Source: Podarcis gaigeae
Taxonomy: Eukaryota
DNA: 64,000 nt
Direction: 5' to 3' (one strand)
NCBI GenBank assembly: GCA_964106915.2
Contig: OZ066915.1
Positions 26,001 through 37,445 of the stretch are shown here, one piece after another. A program made the position numbers and the translations under genes. Position 1 is the stretch's first letter, and every line of letters starts with the position of its first letter. The notes under the pieces were generated by a model. It ran no database searches. It was given only the letters and a program-made list of their open reading frames with translations, and was not told the DNA's origin.

Positions 26001-29000
26001 AAGAGTTTTGTGACTATGTACCAAATGCCATACATCTGTAAAATACAAAAATGAATTCACAATATATGTGTAAATTTCAGACTTTTCCAATTGCTAATAG
26101 TTTTATGCATTGTACCTGAGTTACTCTATATTCACAGTCTTGAAGTGTTATCCCTAACTGTATTGCAGACCCTATTTTAAATTCAAACCAATTCTTTCTG
26201 AATACAAAGTGTGGCTTCATTTGAGCTGTCATTTTAATGGGGCAGACTTTGTATTAAGATAGCTGGATTAAACTGTTACAGAGTTTGAATGTTTAAAGAA
26301 TTAGCACTATAAAGTATAAAGGCATATGGTATATTTATGGTTCCATAACAAAAGGCTCTGTACATGTTCTGTATCCAAAATGCATCTATTAATGATTTTT
26401 AAAAGAATTGATGAAAATGGGCTTTTATACATGTACATTTCTGTTCTCTTACAGTTAACCATGCCAAGCCCAATGCCAGAGTATCTGAATGTGCATTACA
26501 TTTGTGAGTCAGCATCCCGCTTACTTTTTCTTTCCATGCACTGGGCTAGATCCATTCCTGCTTTTCAAGCACTAGGGTGAGCAGATGATTTCTTTTTAAT
26601 TTTTTACAAAAGGAATTGGAGGGATCTTCTCAATCTGAACTAGCTGTGAAGAATGAAATTATCACACATCAAATGACACCTCACTCTTCCACCTGTCAGA
26701 CTCCTGACTCTTTCATGTCCCCACTTAGTTCTCACTAGACTCACCTCATTATCTGTGCTAATCCAAGGTTGTCAATATTTTTATACCCATGGGTACATTT
26801 GGATTTCTGAGCAAGTGCTGGGGGTGCAACCCCTCCTAATCACACACAGACAAGAAAGAAAGTACCTATATGCACACTTTAGATTGACCTGAACCTTGCA
26901 AAGCTCATAGAGATGAAAGAGGAAACGGAAATATGTAAGTTCCTCATTCAGCCCTCTTCAAGGAAGAAGAGGTAACAACCCTCACCGTCTCATGGCCAAG
27001 GGGACAAGAATGGGAGGTGGGGGCTCAGAGGCTTCTCAGGCACCAAGGAAGACCTCCTGGGCACCACATTAGCAGCCTCTTGGGTAAACCATGGTTTAGT
27101 GTGAAATCCTAATGCAGCTATCAATTTCAGTTAAACCATCAGAAAATCTTACACAGATCCTATTGTGTATTTTGCTAGAATATTTTATGTCTATTGTGGA
27201 AGGGAGCTTAAACAGTTCAAAGTAACCAGCACATTATCTTTAAATAAGGGTTCTACAGTTTTCTTTCCGTAATCAAGATTCTACTGACTTTTTATCGTGT
27301 TTTGAAGATTTCTGTAGAACTTGGGAACATTGCTTTTTGGCACAGGCTATGAAGTAGTGTATTGCATAACTGCTGATATTCTGGTTGTCAGATATTTTGC
27401 CTGTGACTGCTTTTCTCCCTCTCTTGATTCTATGGTTCTTTCTTAACTGTAAGTTCGTATGCAACATTACATTTTCTGTGTTGTTGTTCAGCATGGAGAC
27501 TACCAAGATGGGGGTGGGATCTCAAAAAATATTTGTAATGAGGGGAGCAAGCAAGGGACTTCGTAAGCAGCTGCCATATTGTCCATTTTTCAGGACACTT
27601 TTTCTTCCAGCTGTAACTGTTTTTTGAATGGGAATATTTGCCCTCCTACAAGCTAACACAAATTCCACCATTCTTTTCAGCACAGCAACGCGAGCCAGTC
27701 AAACATTGCATGTTGCATAAAATAAACTTACCTACAATAAAATCCTAATGGAGCCCTAATGTTCAGTAGTTACAAAAAAGAATTATAATCTATGCAGAAA
27801 AAAATGATACTGATAAATCTTACTATATTTATTTGCTTTTGTACCTTTAGGCAGGACTGTAATACAAGCCTTGTGCGTGCATGCTGGAATGAACTGTTCA
27901 CTTTAGGCCTTGCACAATGTGCACAGGTGATGAGCTTGTCAACTATTCTGGCAGCCATTGTCAACCATCTACAGAACAGCATACAGGAAGGTATGTGTGG
28001 CTGTTTTTTAAGGCTGTGATTCTAAGCACAGTTAACAAGTTGTAATCATGTCATTGGACGCGGGTGGCACTGTGGGTAAAACCTCAGTGCCTAGGACTTG
28101 CTGATCGTATGGTCGGCGGTTCGAATCCCCACGGCGGGGTGAGCTCCCGTCATTCGGTCCCAGCTCCTGCCCACCTAGCAGTTTGAAAGCACCCCTAAGC
28201 GCAAGTAGATAAATAGGTACCGCTTTATAGCGGGAAGGTAAACGGCGTTTCCGTGTGCTGCGCTAGTGCTGGCTCGCCAGCTGCAGCTTTGTCACGCTGG
28301 CCACGTGACCCAGAGGTGTCTTCGGACGGCGCTGGCTCACGGCCTATAGAGCGAGATGAGCACGCAGCCTCAGAGTTGGACACGACTGGCCTGTACGGGC
28401 AGGGGTACCTTTACCTTTTAATCATGTCATTAGGACTTGTTTTCCAAGTATATGTGTATAGAATCTAGGTGCTAAAAGCATCTGTTGGGTGGGAGTAAAA
28501 ATTTTAGTAAGTTGTTTCTAGAAAAAATGTTTCACCAACAACAAGGCATGGAGCGCACATGTTGGGTTGTATATTCAGCTGCTACGTTTTGGTTGACGAG
28601 GAAACCTTGCCCACTCAGCAAGGCAGAAAGGAATACACCAACCACTGTAATATTTATTCTCTTGTGCACATATTTGTTTTCTGTCATAAAGGTTTCCTTG
28701 AAGAATTTACTGATTTTCATAGTAGATTTATGAAACCAAATCAAATAGTTCTTCAGCAAACACAAGAGTCCCTTGGCTTTTTTGTGTTTATTTTTAAAAT
28801 TATAAGCAGAAGTTTTAAATGGAGCCCTAAATGTGGAACAATGATTGTAGCCTATTTAATAGGCACTTGACAGTAACAATTACTGTATGAAAGCCAATGA
28901 ATAGCCACTTAACTGCACTAGAAAAACTATCTGAGAAACAACAGTGTCATGCATGAATTTTGGCTTAATTCTTTCCAAAGAGAATAGGTACCAGTTGGAA

Positions 29001-32000
29001 AGTACTTACTGGATGTAGAGATTCTGAACTGTGGAATATACCTTACATGGTTTGCAAAAAAAAATGTCAATGTTTAGTAATAAACATGAGTAAAATGTAC
29101 ATCTGGAATTCCATACCTTTCTGTTCTTGCCTACTTTCATTTCTGGATATAGCAGAGTCTGTCCCAAGAATACTGTCTTTCTCCAGCAGATAACAGAAAT
29201 ATCAGTTGTTGTACAAAAACCATCTGCTAGAACAGTAATACTATATTATTAAGTTGCAGGCTCATGTATCTACAGGAGAACTTTTTAGTATGATGGGTTT
29301 GGTTTTGGCTGTCTTGTTGTGCTTGTTATGGCTCTAGAAAAATAAAGTTAGCAGTTACCAACATTTACTGATTTAATTTGTTAAATCCTTTCAAACTTAA
29401 TTATAATAGGCAGGTTCCGCCCCCAAGCAAAGCCCTCAAAAACAACAGAACTGATGTAGTTCCTCTGGGCAAGGAAAGAGGCAGGATATTCAGAGGCCAT
29501 GGAGAGGTAGGTGCCCTACGTTTGATTAAGTGTAGGGCTGTAAGATTTTCCAGCATCCCAGATTTGTGGAAAGAACAGGCACAGTGAAATTACTGGCCTC
29601 GTGGAAAGCAAAGGATCACAGTAGATAAGAGAGCTTGCTGCAACTGTATGGTTGTAGTGCACTGCCTTTTGAGTTAAACCAATTTTTGAAGGCCACGGAT
29701 AGATAGAATAATTAAAGCAATGCTTCTTGCCCCAAGGTTTGGGGTGTAGGTTAGATTAAACAGCAAGATCATTGCTATTCTTTGATCAAGAGAAAAGGAC
29801 AACTTGCAGCCTGCCATTTGTGCAATGTTTAACAAATGTAGATTAAAGGTTTTCAATATGGTGGCAGAAGAGTCATAAATATCTACAGTTATTACCAACA
29901 CAGGCCAAGGAAAATATTTAGGTAATAGTGAACTTTGCTTATTTTATATATAGGTCATGCAGCATGCAGTTCTTAACAGAGGAAAATGGGGAACTAGTTC
30001 TTGACTGGCAACTTTCTGTTCAGAATCTTTTTCTACAAATGGCAACTCCGCTCTTCTGCATTGACTTGCATAAATGCAAATGTTGCAATATAAAGACCAA
30101 AAAAATGCCTCATACTGAGAAGGAATCATTCCACAAACCTTTACAATTTAAACTCCCCGACATTATACCTATCATCTAAAGAAAAATGTCAAGTGCTCTT
30201 AAATTCTGATAAATTACAACAAAGATTGAATTTTCCTCAACCATTTTAAGAAGGAATTGAAAATAGCATGAAGGAGTGGACAGTCTTGAAATGTTATCAC
30301 ACCCATGCCATCTTTTCCCTACACACTTCAGTCTAGCACCAATTATATAGTTTCCCAACTAGAACCACCTCCTTACCTCGTACACTGCTTCATCAATTTT
30401 CAGATTGTCTACACTGTTAACAAAATAGCAAGGGGTAAGTTTCTGGCATATGGAGGAGAGTTATAGAAATATTCAATTAAATCTATGAAGCATTCAAAAG
30501 ATGAGGGTAAGCTGCTGATTCCAGTCTGCTAGAGGGTTTCCAGTTTATAGAGGGAAACTGTCAGTCATTATTACATTAAGCTTTGTCTTTCAAATAACTA
30601 GATAACATGCCTGTCTGGGTAATGCATTTTAGGTTACTTGGCAGTCACTTAGGTCTCCAGTGAACATTTGGTCATATTCCAAAGCCTCTGTAATTCAATA
30701 CATACCAAAGTTTCTGGTTTACAAATTAAAACTCACTGAGTAACCAGACATGTGGAAAAAAGAATGAAATTTAGCAGTTTGATACATTTTCCCATGAAAG
30801 ACTGCATACGCTTGAACAGTTTAAAACTGGTTGTTACCTGAAAAAGTCTAGATAGTTGGTTGACTTACAGTTTTGCACTGTTAAGAGAATGTGTAATGTC
30901 TACTTGTAGATAAACTTTCCGGAGACCGAATAAAACAAGTGATGGAACACATCTGGAAGCTTCAGGAGTTCTGTAATAGCATGGCTAAGCTTGATATTGA
31001 TGGATATGAATATGCTTACCTTAAAGCTATAGTCCTCTTTAGTCCTGGTAAGGCATTTGGTAATTATTCCCTTCTCTTAAATTCTGTTTTGGTGCTCAAT
31101 TTACAAGAGGGTAATACTCTGACACCAGTTAAATCCAATGCTGAAGAAAATGCTGCAAATGAAGGTACTTCATAATATAGTTCAATTAACTGACATATTT
31201 TTGTTTATTTTTCCTTTTGGTTTTATTGGGATTTACTTATGTTTAATATCAAAGTATTAGTCAGATGCTTTCTTAAAAGCTATATCATCAATCCACCCTT
31301 TTGCTGCTATTTCATCTGTCCACATCTGGAATAACCTCAGCAGCATGAAATACTCAGTAATACACTTGAGGATAACCCTAAAGCAGACAGTGTAAGGCTG
31401 GTGGATTGCAACAAGTCTGCTACAGTTTTTCCACAGCCTGCACACCACTTGTGCTAACTTAGGCTTTCCAGGAGGAAGCATTAATAGCGTGGGATGCAGT
31501 CTGCAGAGACATTACCTGTCCTTGTGCCAGAAGAAATACTTGATGACAAAACTGGCCCTCCGCTGTTGATTTTGAGTAAAGAGCTGAATTGTGCAGGACA
31601 TCTAAAGTTTGGGAGAAGGCTTTGTTTGCAAAGCTGACAATGTTTTGTATTGGATATGGAATATTAACAGAAATATGTCTGGTAGCATTTAATTTTAAAA
31701 ATTATAAAGGAAAATGCTATTACCTATTACACCCACTTACAATAAATTTGTACTGTTTAAGAAGCAAATTAACAGTGCAGTCATCTCCTAATATTTAACT
31801 CTGTCATTTGTCTCCTAGTTTCATGTATAGTAATCATTTCTTATCATGAATAGACTTTAGAGTGAAGAATATTAAATATTTTTGTGTTTTTAGTCTACTG
31901 TATATTTTCATTTGGGACGTGGGTGGAGCTGTGGGTTAAACCACAGAGCCTAGGACTTGATGATCAGAAGGTTGGCGGTTCGAATTCCCACAACGGGGTG

Positions 32001-34196
32001 AGCTCCCGTTGCTTGGTCCTAGCTCCTGCCAACCTAGCAGTTCGAAAGCACGTCAAAGTAGATAAATAGGTACCGCTCCGGCGGGAAGGTAAACGGCATT
32101 TCCGTGCGCTGCTCTGGTTCGCCAGAGGCGGCTTAGTCATGCTGGCCACATGACCGGCTGTACGCCGGTTCCCTCGGCCAATAAAGCGAAATAAGCGCCG
32201 CAACCCCAGAGTCGGTCACGACTGGACCTAATGGTGAGGGGTCCCTTTACCTTTTTATATTTTCATTGTTTTTACTTTTGTACATTACCTGATAATGTTT
32301 ATATGACAGGCAGTATATAAATATTTTGAAATAACTTTAAAAGAATGTATAAATGGCACACAAACATTTGAGTGTCCCAAGAGACTGAAATATTACTATT
32401 TCTAATGTATCCATTTATTTTGTGTAGAGGCCAACCTGCTTATTTTCTGTGGAAAGCAGAAAGTCATGCAATAGCATATATTGCCTCTGGAAGTATTTCA
32501 ACAGAAGATTCTTTCTAAAAATAAATGTCATGTTTTTGATACAAGTAAATGCACAATGACATGTTTGTGTTTTCTTTAGATCACCCTGGTCTCACAAGTT
32601 CCAGCCAAATAGAAAAATTCCAGGAGAAAGCTCAGATGGAGTTACAAGACTATGTTCAAAAAACGTATCCAGAAGATACTTACAGGTATTTTTTCTCTCT
32701 CGCACTTACCTGGATGTACCATATTTTTTGCCCCATAGGACGCACCTTTTCCCCTCCAAAAATGAAGGGGAAATCTGGGTGTGTCCTATGGGGTGAATGC
32801 AGGCTTTCGCTGAAGCTTGGAGACCTCTTGCTCTCCAGGCTTCAGGAAGACATCCGCAGCCTAGGCAGCCCTGAAGCAGAGCGCCCCTCGCGCCGGGCAG
32901 ACATCGGCCAGCCCCACAAGCTTGGGGGACAGCGGGTAGGCGCAGCGCCGCCATACCACTGTTCCCCAACCTGGTTTTGGGGGAGAAATAAAGGAAAATA
33001 TTTTTTCCTTTATTTCCCCCCCAAAAAACTAGGTGCGTCCTATGGGACGGAGCGTCCTATGGGACGAAAAATACGGTAATTCGTATTGTTTCCAAGTAAA
33101 TGTGTGCTGAGTTGTATTCTTTTCCCCCTCTGTTACCCATTGGGACCTGAATTGGCTTAGGTGTCCAGTGATTATAAAATCCACAAGTAAAGTGTAAGAA
33201 CATTTAGTGTTGTTAGCTAGAGGATTTGTGAGTAATAATAATATATACAAGCTGTTAAAACTCTGAAAACTTAGATTAAAAATCATGGTCTTATTGCTAC
33301 ATATATAAAAGCAGAATATGGTTTTAAGCTCTTGTAAATAGTTACCTTTAGAACCTCATACATTTATGAGGTTATTCTCTATTTGTAAAAAAAACCCAAA
33401 CCAAAAAAAACAGTCAGATAGGTATGAAAACACAAAATTGGATTAAAAATTATTTGAACTCTCCCAAGCCAGTGGGGTTGCTGTGAGCTGTTTAAAAATA
33501 CTTGTAAAACATGTTGGCAAACTTGAATCATTTCATAATCCATCTGCTCTTCGATAGTTATGGGATCAGTTGCCCCATGGTGCTTCATCTGCATATCTCC
33601 CTTTTCAGTGTTTTTTAAAACTGCATTTAATTTACTAAGCTACCAGGGCTCCTATTTATCTCTACAGAAATGAATGGAACAGTGAAACTACTAACTGTCT
33701 ATGCTAATTCTGTTTCAAGCAATTTCTCAAGATAGGATAGGGAAACAGCACTTTGCCTGTATCATAAATTCTATTTTGGGGGGTTGTAAATAAATATATC
33801 TGTACATTCCTGTGTGTGTGTGTGTCCCCCCCCCCCATCTCCTGGGGAAAAACCCCTGTTACAAAGCACAGGGTTCTAGGATGCTGGACTAGATGATCCA
33901 TTGGTCTGACTCAGCAAGCTCTTCTTCTGTTAATTTTTCACCTAATCAAGTTGCTATAAGTGGATGCCAAACTGGTAACCTGATGTATACCTTTTCATAT
34001 ACTACTGTCTTCTTATTTCAGACTAGCCCGGATTCTAGTTCGCCTGCCAGCACTTAGACTGATGAGCTCTAGCATTACTGAAGAACTCTTTTTTACTGGG
34101 CTCATTGGAAATGTTCCAATAGACAGTATCATCCCTTACATATTGAAAATGGAGACAGCAGAATATAATGGCCAAATAACAGGCTCATCTTCCTAG
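4946..34196 (+). CDS. NR2C2: Nuclear receptor subfamily 2 group C member 2 (TR4), whole spliced CDS, 14 coding exons, 629 aa
   Basis: Exons join in phase through GT-AG introns to 1890 nt. Contains [15 protein letters not shown], a C4 zinc-finger DBD with P-box CEGCKG, and an LBD ending ...[22 protein letters not shown]. Confidence 0.97.
5451..5632 (-). mobile_element. 5'-truncated Sauria SINE
   Basis: Reverse complement of the Sauria SINE 3' half with ACCTTT tail. TSD TTGCTGTTAG at 5441-5450 and 5633-5642. Confidence 0.9.
5900..6113. mobile_element. Tc1/mariner-type MITE
   Basis: Imperfect TIRs CAGTAAGCCCTCAAC / GTTGTGGGCTTACTC flanked by TA. Confidence 0.7.
7712..7734. repeat. (GTT)n microsatellite
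   Basis: About 7 GTT units. Confidence 0.85.
9650..10062 (-). mobile_element. L2-like LINE 3' fragment
   Basis: Degenerate ORF2 C-terminus ([17 protein letters not shown]...SLPTEVRQ) with an AT-rich tail. Bounds approximate. Confidence 0.7.
13793..13903 (+). CDS. NR2C2: NR2C2 coding exon 2 (VQTVQTT...MTSPSQRIQ...PQRIQ)
   Basis: AG/GT flanked, 111 nt. Internal ATG at 13832 matches the short-isoform start. Confidence 0.93.
14003..16540 (-). mobile_element. CR1 LINE, internally deleted but retaining parts of ORF1 and ORF2
   Basis: RT motifs LFNVFINDL...[10 protein letters not shown]...CKVLHLG (14627-14902); endonuclease N-terminus ([17 protein letters not shown]); ORF1 esterase motifs HVGTN and DGLHL; N-terminal CxxC near 16470. 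Bounds approximate. Confidence 0.88.
17172..17372 (+). CDS. NR2C2: NR2C2 coding exon 3 ([16 protein letters not shown]...PGRIQ)
   Basis: TR2/TR4 N-terminal motif; AG/GT; 201 nt. Confidence 0.95.
17790..18830 (-). mobile_element. Degenerate L2-like LINE fragment with embedded (TCAA)n/(TTAAA)n microsatellite
   Basis: [11 protein letters not shown] (the L2 KLNPDKTE motif) in ORF 18529-18822; simple repeats at 17955-17998. Bounds approximate. Confidence 0.6.
19248..19350 (+). CDS. NR2C2: NR2C2 coding exon 4 (...[12 protein letters not shown]), start of DBD
   Basis: First zinc-finger CxxC; AG/GT. Confidence 0.95.
21175..21354 (+). CDS. NR2C2: NR2C2 coding exon 5, DBD ([18 protein letters not shown]...CLEMGMKME)
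   Basis: Nuclear receptor C4 zinc fingers; within ORF 21144-21410. Confidence 0.97.
21947..22152 (-). mobile_element. Sauria SINE 5' portion
   Basis: Reverse complement of the tRNA-derived head (GGTTCGAATC B box) and the GGTACC...GGAAGGTAAACGGCGTTTCCG core. Confidence 0.85.
22348..22495 (+). CDS. NR2C2: NR2C2 coding exon 6 (SVQSERKP...DKDGAR)
   Basis: T-box/hinge; phase-consistent AG/GT. Confidence 0.95.
23476..23569 (+). CDS. NR2C2: NR2C2 coding exon 7 ([16 protein letters not shown]...TDSK)
   Basis: Phase-consistent; donor GTATCTT. Confidence 0.93.
23896..24029 (+). CDS. NR2C2: NR2C2 coding exon 8 ([19 protein letters not shown]...EITR)
   Basis: TR2/TR4 motif [12 protein letters not shown]; AG/GT. 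Confidence 0.95.
24560..25390. mobile_element. Old TIR-bounded MITE interrupted by a CR1 3' fragment (~24625-25064, +)
   Basis: Inverted ends GGCCTG...CATGTCA...AACTAT..GTTACCAGG at 24560 and 25342-25390. Inside are CR1-like PHLEYC coding sequence and a CR1 3' end (GGCCTGATCCAGC...TCTTATG). Confidence 0.6.
25479..25656 (+). CDS. NR2C2: NR2C2 coding exon 9 ([10 protein letters not shown]...HVTFK)
   Basis: Within ORF 25441-25674; AG/GT. Confidence 0.95.
26455..26576 (+). CDS. NR2C2: NR2C2 coding exon 10, LBD ([41 protein letters not shown])
   Basis: LBD helix 3 signature WARSIPAF. Confidence 0.97.
27851..27990 (+). CDS. NR2C2: NR2C2 coding exon 11, LBD ([22 protein letters not shown]...IQE)
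   Basis: LBD helix 5 WNELF; AG/GT. Confidence 0.96.
28056..28418 (+). mobile_element. Full-length Sauria SINE
   Basis: A/B-box head, ACCTTT tail, 13-bp TSD TAATCATGTCATT (28043-28055, 28419-28431). Confidence 0.93.
30910..31047 (+). CDS. NR2C2: NR2C2 coding exon 12, LBD ([21 protein letters not shown]...AIVLFSP)
   Basis: [13 protein letters not shown] signature. Confidence 0.96.
31913..32255 (+). mobile_element. Full-length Sauria SINE
   Basis: Same core; 12-bp TSD TATATTTTCATT (31901-31912, 32256-32267). Confidence 0.93.
32580..32685 (+). CDS. NR2C2: NR2C2 coding exon 13, LBD (DHPGL...YPEDTYR)
   Basis: Phase-consistent; donor CAG|GTATTT. Confidence 0.95.
32719..33076. mobile_element. Tc1/mariner (pogo-like) MITE
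   Basis: TIRs CCATATTTTTTGCCCCATAGGACGC / GCGTCCTATGGGACGAAAAATACGG flanked by TA. Confidence 0.85.
34022..34196 (+). CDS. NR2C2: NR2C2 last coding exon ([12 protein letters not shown]...GSSS*)
   Basis: Dimerisation helix and AF-2-like helix; TAG at 34194-34196. Confidence 0.96.
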
Positions 34197-34524
34197 AAGA
34201 GATCAGTGCGTCTTCACAGATCAACCAAGTAATCATAAGTCACTGATTAACCTTGGCATTGTGTATAACTATTTTGATCATGTTCCCTTTTCTTGTTAAA
34301 TTTATTCTTTTCCACATTGAAAGAACAACTTATTCCTATCAACACTGAAAAACAAGATTTTAAAACCTGCAAAAAACGCTTTTTCTAGGATTCACTTCTG
34401 CCAGAAGAAATACTTTAATGCCTTTTGATGAAAGGGTTACAGGGAATTGCTGAGCAAGATTTTTATTTGGAAATTATCAGTGAGCAAAAATAGGTTTTAT
34501 AATATCAGAGTACTTATGAACGCT

Positions 34525-34685
34525 GGCTTGGATCCAAAGAACTGCAGGTGGAGTTCTGCTCATGAAATGAGTGTTATGCAGTGCCACATGGAAAGTTGCA
34601 GCTGGCAGAGAAAATTGTCAACACGCTCACCCTTGAGCAAGCAGGAGTGCTTTCCACTTGATTAAAGGTTCTTTGTATCCAAGCC
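34525..34685. mobile_element. Short TIR MITE in the NR2C2 3' UTR
   Basis: GGCTTGGATCCAAAGAA ... TTCTTTGTATCCAAGCC (16/17 inverted match). Confidence 0.7.
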
Positions 34686-37445
34686 CATATTTTATATATT
34701 TTAATTTATATTTTAAAATTACCAGGATGTAGTCATTATCAGCACTTTCAAAGCACTTCTTGTTAAAGATATGATTTTGTCATCCTCTTGCTTGTATGAG
34801 CAAGGTAAGCGATTAATAGCATTCAGGGTAAATGAATAATTGTGTTTTAAATGCAGTCATATGCTAGTGATTTCTGTGAAAACATGGAAGAGCTGTGGGA
34901 GACAATCATTTATGCTACAAAATTTCAATTGTATGTGTTTATTAATAATGTGATCCTTTCCATGAGATTTCTATACTATTTGAAGTTAAACTTTACTAAA
35001 TGTTTACAGCATAAGTGACACAAGATTTATGGCTTTGCTGTCAGCTGGGTAAGATGCCGTAGAAGTTATTCACACTAGAAAAGAGCATTCTAACTTCTTG
35101 GCTTTGTAAAGGGTAACCATTGAGATTTTCGAGCCTGGTGCTGTTTACTTATAAATGCTGTAGCATAAGATGCCTTTTTATTGTGCTGCATCAGTCGCTA
35201 AGTGATGAGGATGCTATCAGTTTCAAAAGCAGCAAATGTGTCCTTTAGTACATTATAATTTCAAACTCATTCATTCTGTCTGACACTTGAGAGAATACTA
35301 TTTTGGCATATCACATTGTCCAGTACTGTGGTTACTTCAGAATTTGAGGCTTAGTCTTTTTCTTAAAGTTTAGAAACTCTGTTTTACGGTCCAGATCCTA
35401 TATGTGTCTACTCAGGAGAAAGTTCCACTGGGTTCAGTGAAACTTACTCCCAGGATTATAGCTACTCTGAGCAATCCCTAGCTATGGTAAGTCAGTGTAA
35501 CTTAAAACAGCTTGAGTTTCCCCATCCCAAACTCCTTTCAGGAGGAATTCAACTGACGCCACCTTTTTCACTTGTCACATTATGCCAGGTTGCTAGGTCA
35601 CATGGCCCAGTTGAAAGGGGGTTAAAATAAGTCTCCCCTTGCTCTGCCATGTCCCTTCGGGGGGACTTATGATAGTTGAGCCCCGGCTGAGCCAGAGTGG
35701 GGGACTTATGCTGGTTTAGCCACTCAACTAGGAAAGCCAACTCTCTCATCCTGGATAATCTTTGGTTTGAATTGCACTGTTTGCCATTTTACAACCTCCA
35801 CTTGCAATACAGCATATTATATTCTGAGCCACTTTGCGCATGGCATTTTCTATACCTGGGCATAATTCTGTAGCAAAAAGTGTGCCGTCAGCTGCATGTG
35901 TATCATACAGCTGCCCATTACCACATGCTTGCATCTGTTAAGGTGTGCTTTGTTCTACTGTATCCAAACACACATAAATAACTCTTGACAAAATAGACAT
36001 TTCAATGATTTCCCCACTTTGCAAGGCTCATGGAAATATATTTCCATACAGATCTTACCTCTATATAGGAAAAGTATCATGCATGAAGGGACTCCCTGCT
36101 CCCATAACATAATTTTGTGGATTCTTTTTAAAGTTTGGAGTACTAAGAAATGTGTCATAACCTGTCAAAATGCTTCCAAGGGCTGGCCATTTTCTGTTTG
36201 ATCTGTGTTGCTTTATCTTTAAGATAATGTGTTGTTAATCACACGAAAACAACTTCTCAGATTGCTCTTCATTTGAGATCATATTCCAACAAGGTTGTTT
36301 TTTGTCTTTCTAGTTAAGCTCTCTGGTGGAATGTTGGAGGGATGTCTTACAGGACCAGGCACAGTTCAGTCACCTATTTATCCCATTCATAAGAATCTTC
36401 ATTTATAACCTACATTTCAGGAAGGAATTCAGTGATTACTTAAGCTGGCATAGCCCCGGAGATCATTAAACTACACTACTCTAAATGATGATTCGCTTAG
36501 TAAGCTCCCGGGTGTATCCAAATCAATTACACTTCCTACTTTTAAAAATGTTTAAAAAACAGTGTGAGATACAATGTAATGCAAGTGGCCTGCACAGTGG
36601 GCTGTTTCTTCCTTTCCCCCATTCCGAACCTCCAAAACTTGTTTTTGAGAATTGGGAGGCCCTCTGGAGCAGTTTTTATGGGGGCACAGGGGGCTGGAGA
36701 GTAGAGAAGAGAATCCATAAGCACCCTTGTGCAAGCAGATTTCTATTGCGTAAGTGGACAGACAACATTGAGTGTCACTTCCTTTAATTCACACAAGAAC
36801 TGCTTCAGAGGAAGTGAAACAGTGTTGTGTTTCCTTGACTTACTGTTTAGCTCTGACTGTATTCCTAAAATAATTTATGCACTTGCAGTCAATAGTACTG
36901 TGAGCACTGAACGTCTTTCAGTAAAGAAAATACAATGTCAAAATCATGATTAAAATTAATCAACTCTTGTCTTAAATATAAATGACAAAAGACACAACAT
37001 GATGAACCTACTATACTACTGTGGTATAAACTAATTAAGATATAATCATATATTTTGGAGTATGTATAGTGTCAAGACTTGAGTGTGCACTTTTAATGAA
37101 GAAATTTGTAATTTACATGATAAAATATCCTAAAAATAATTTTAGTACAATTTTGAGACCAAAAATGATTCCTTATAAAACTCAGAGGAGCATATACTTT
37201 TAAAAGTGATGTCTGCTACACTGAAATCTGTGTGTTGCAGGTTTGCACAGCTTGATCCACAAACCTTAAATTAATTTAGTTCTGCTTTATTTTGGATCCA
37301 GCTGAAGTACTGTTTTTAAATAGTGTCATTTAATGACTGCACCTGTTTTGTCATTCACTGTTTCCCATCTAGCCTAGCTTGCATTTTCTTAAGAAAAAAG
37401 TGTATGTAATTGCTCATTGTTGATTATAGTTCAGATTGTCTAGGG

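Noticed and set aside
28056-28135. tRNA-like A/B boxes (also near 31914 and 52143)
   Set aside because: tRNA-derived SINE heads, not tRNA genes.
35202-35284. GTGATGA ... CTGA resembling a C/D snoRNA
   Set aside because: Lies in a 3' UTR rather than an intron, with no convincing terminal stem or recognisable guide.
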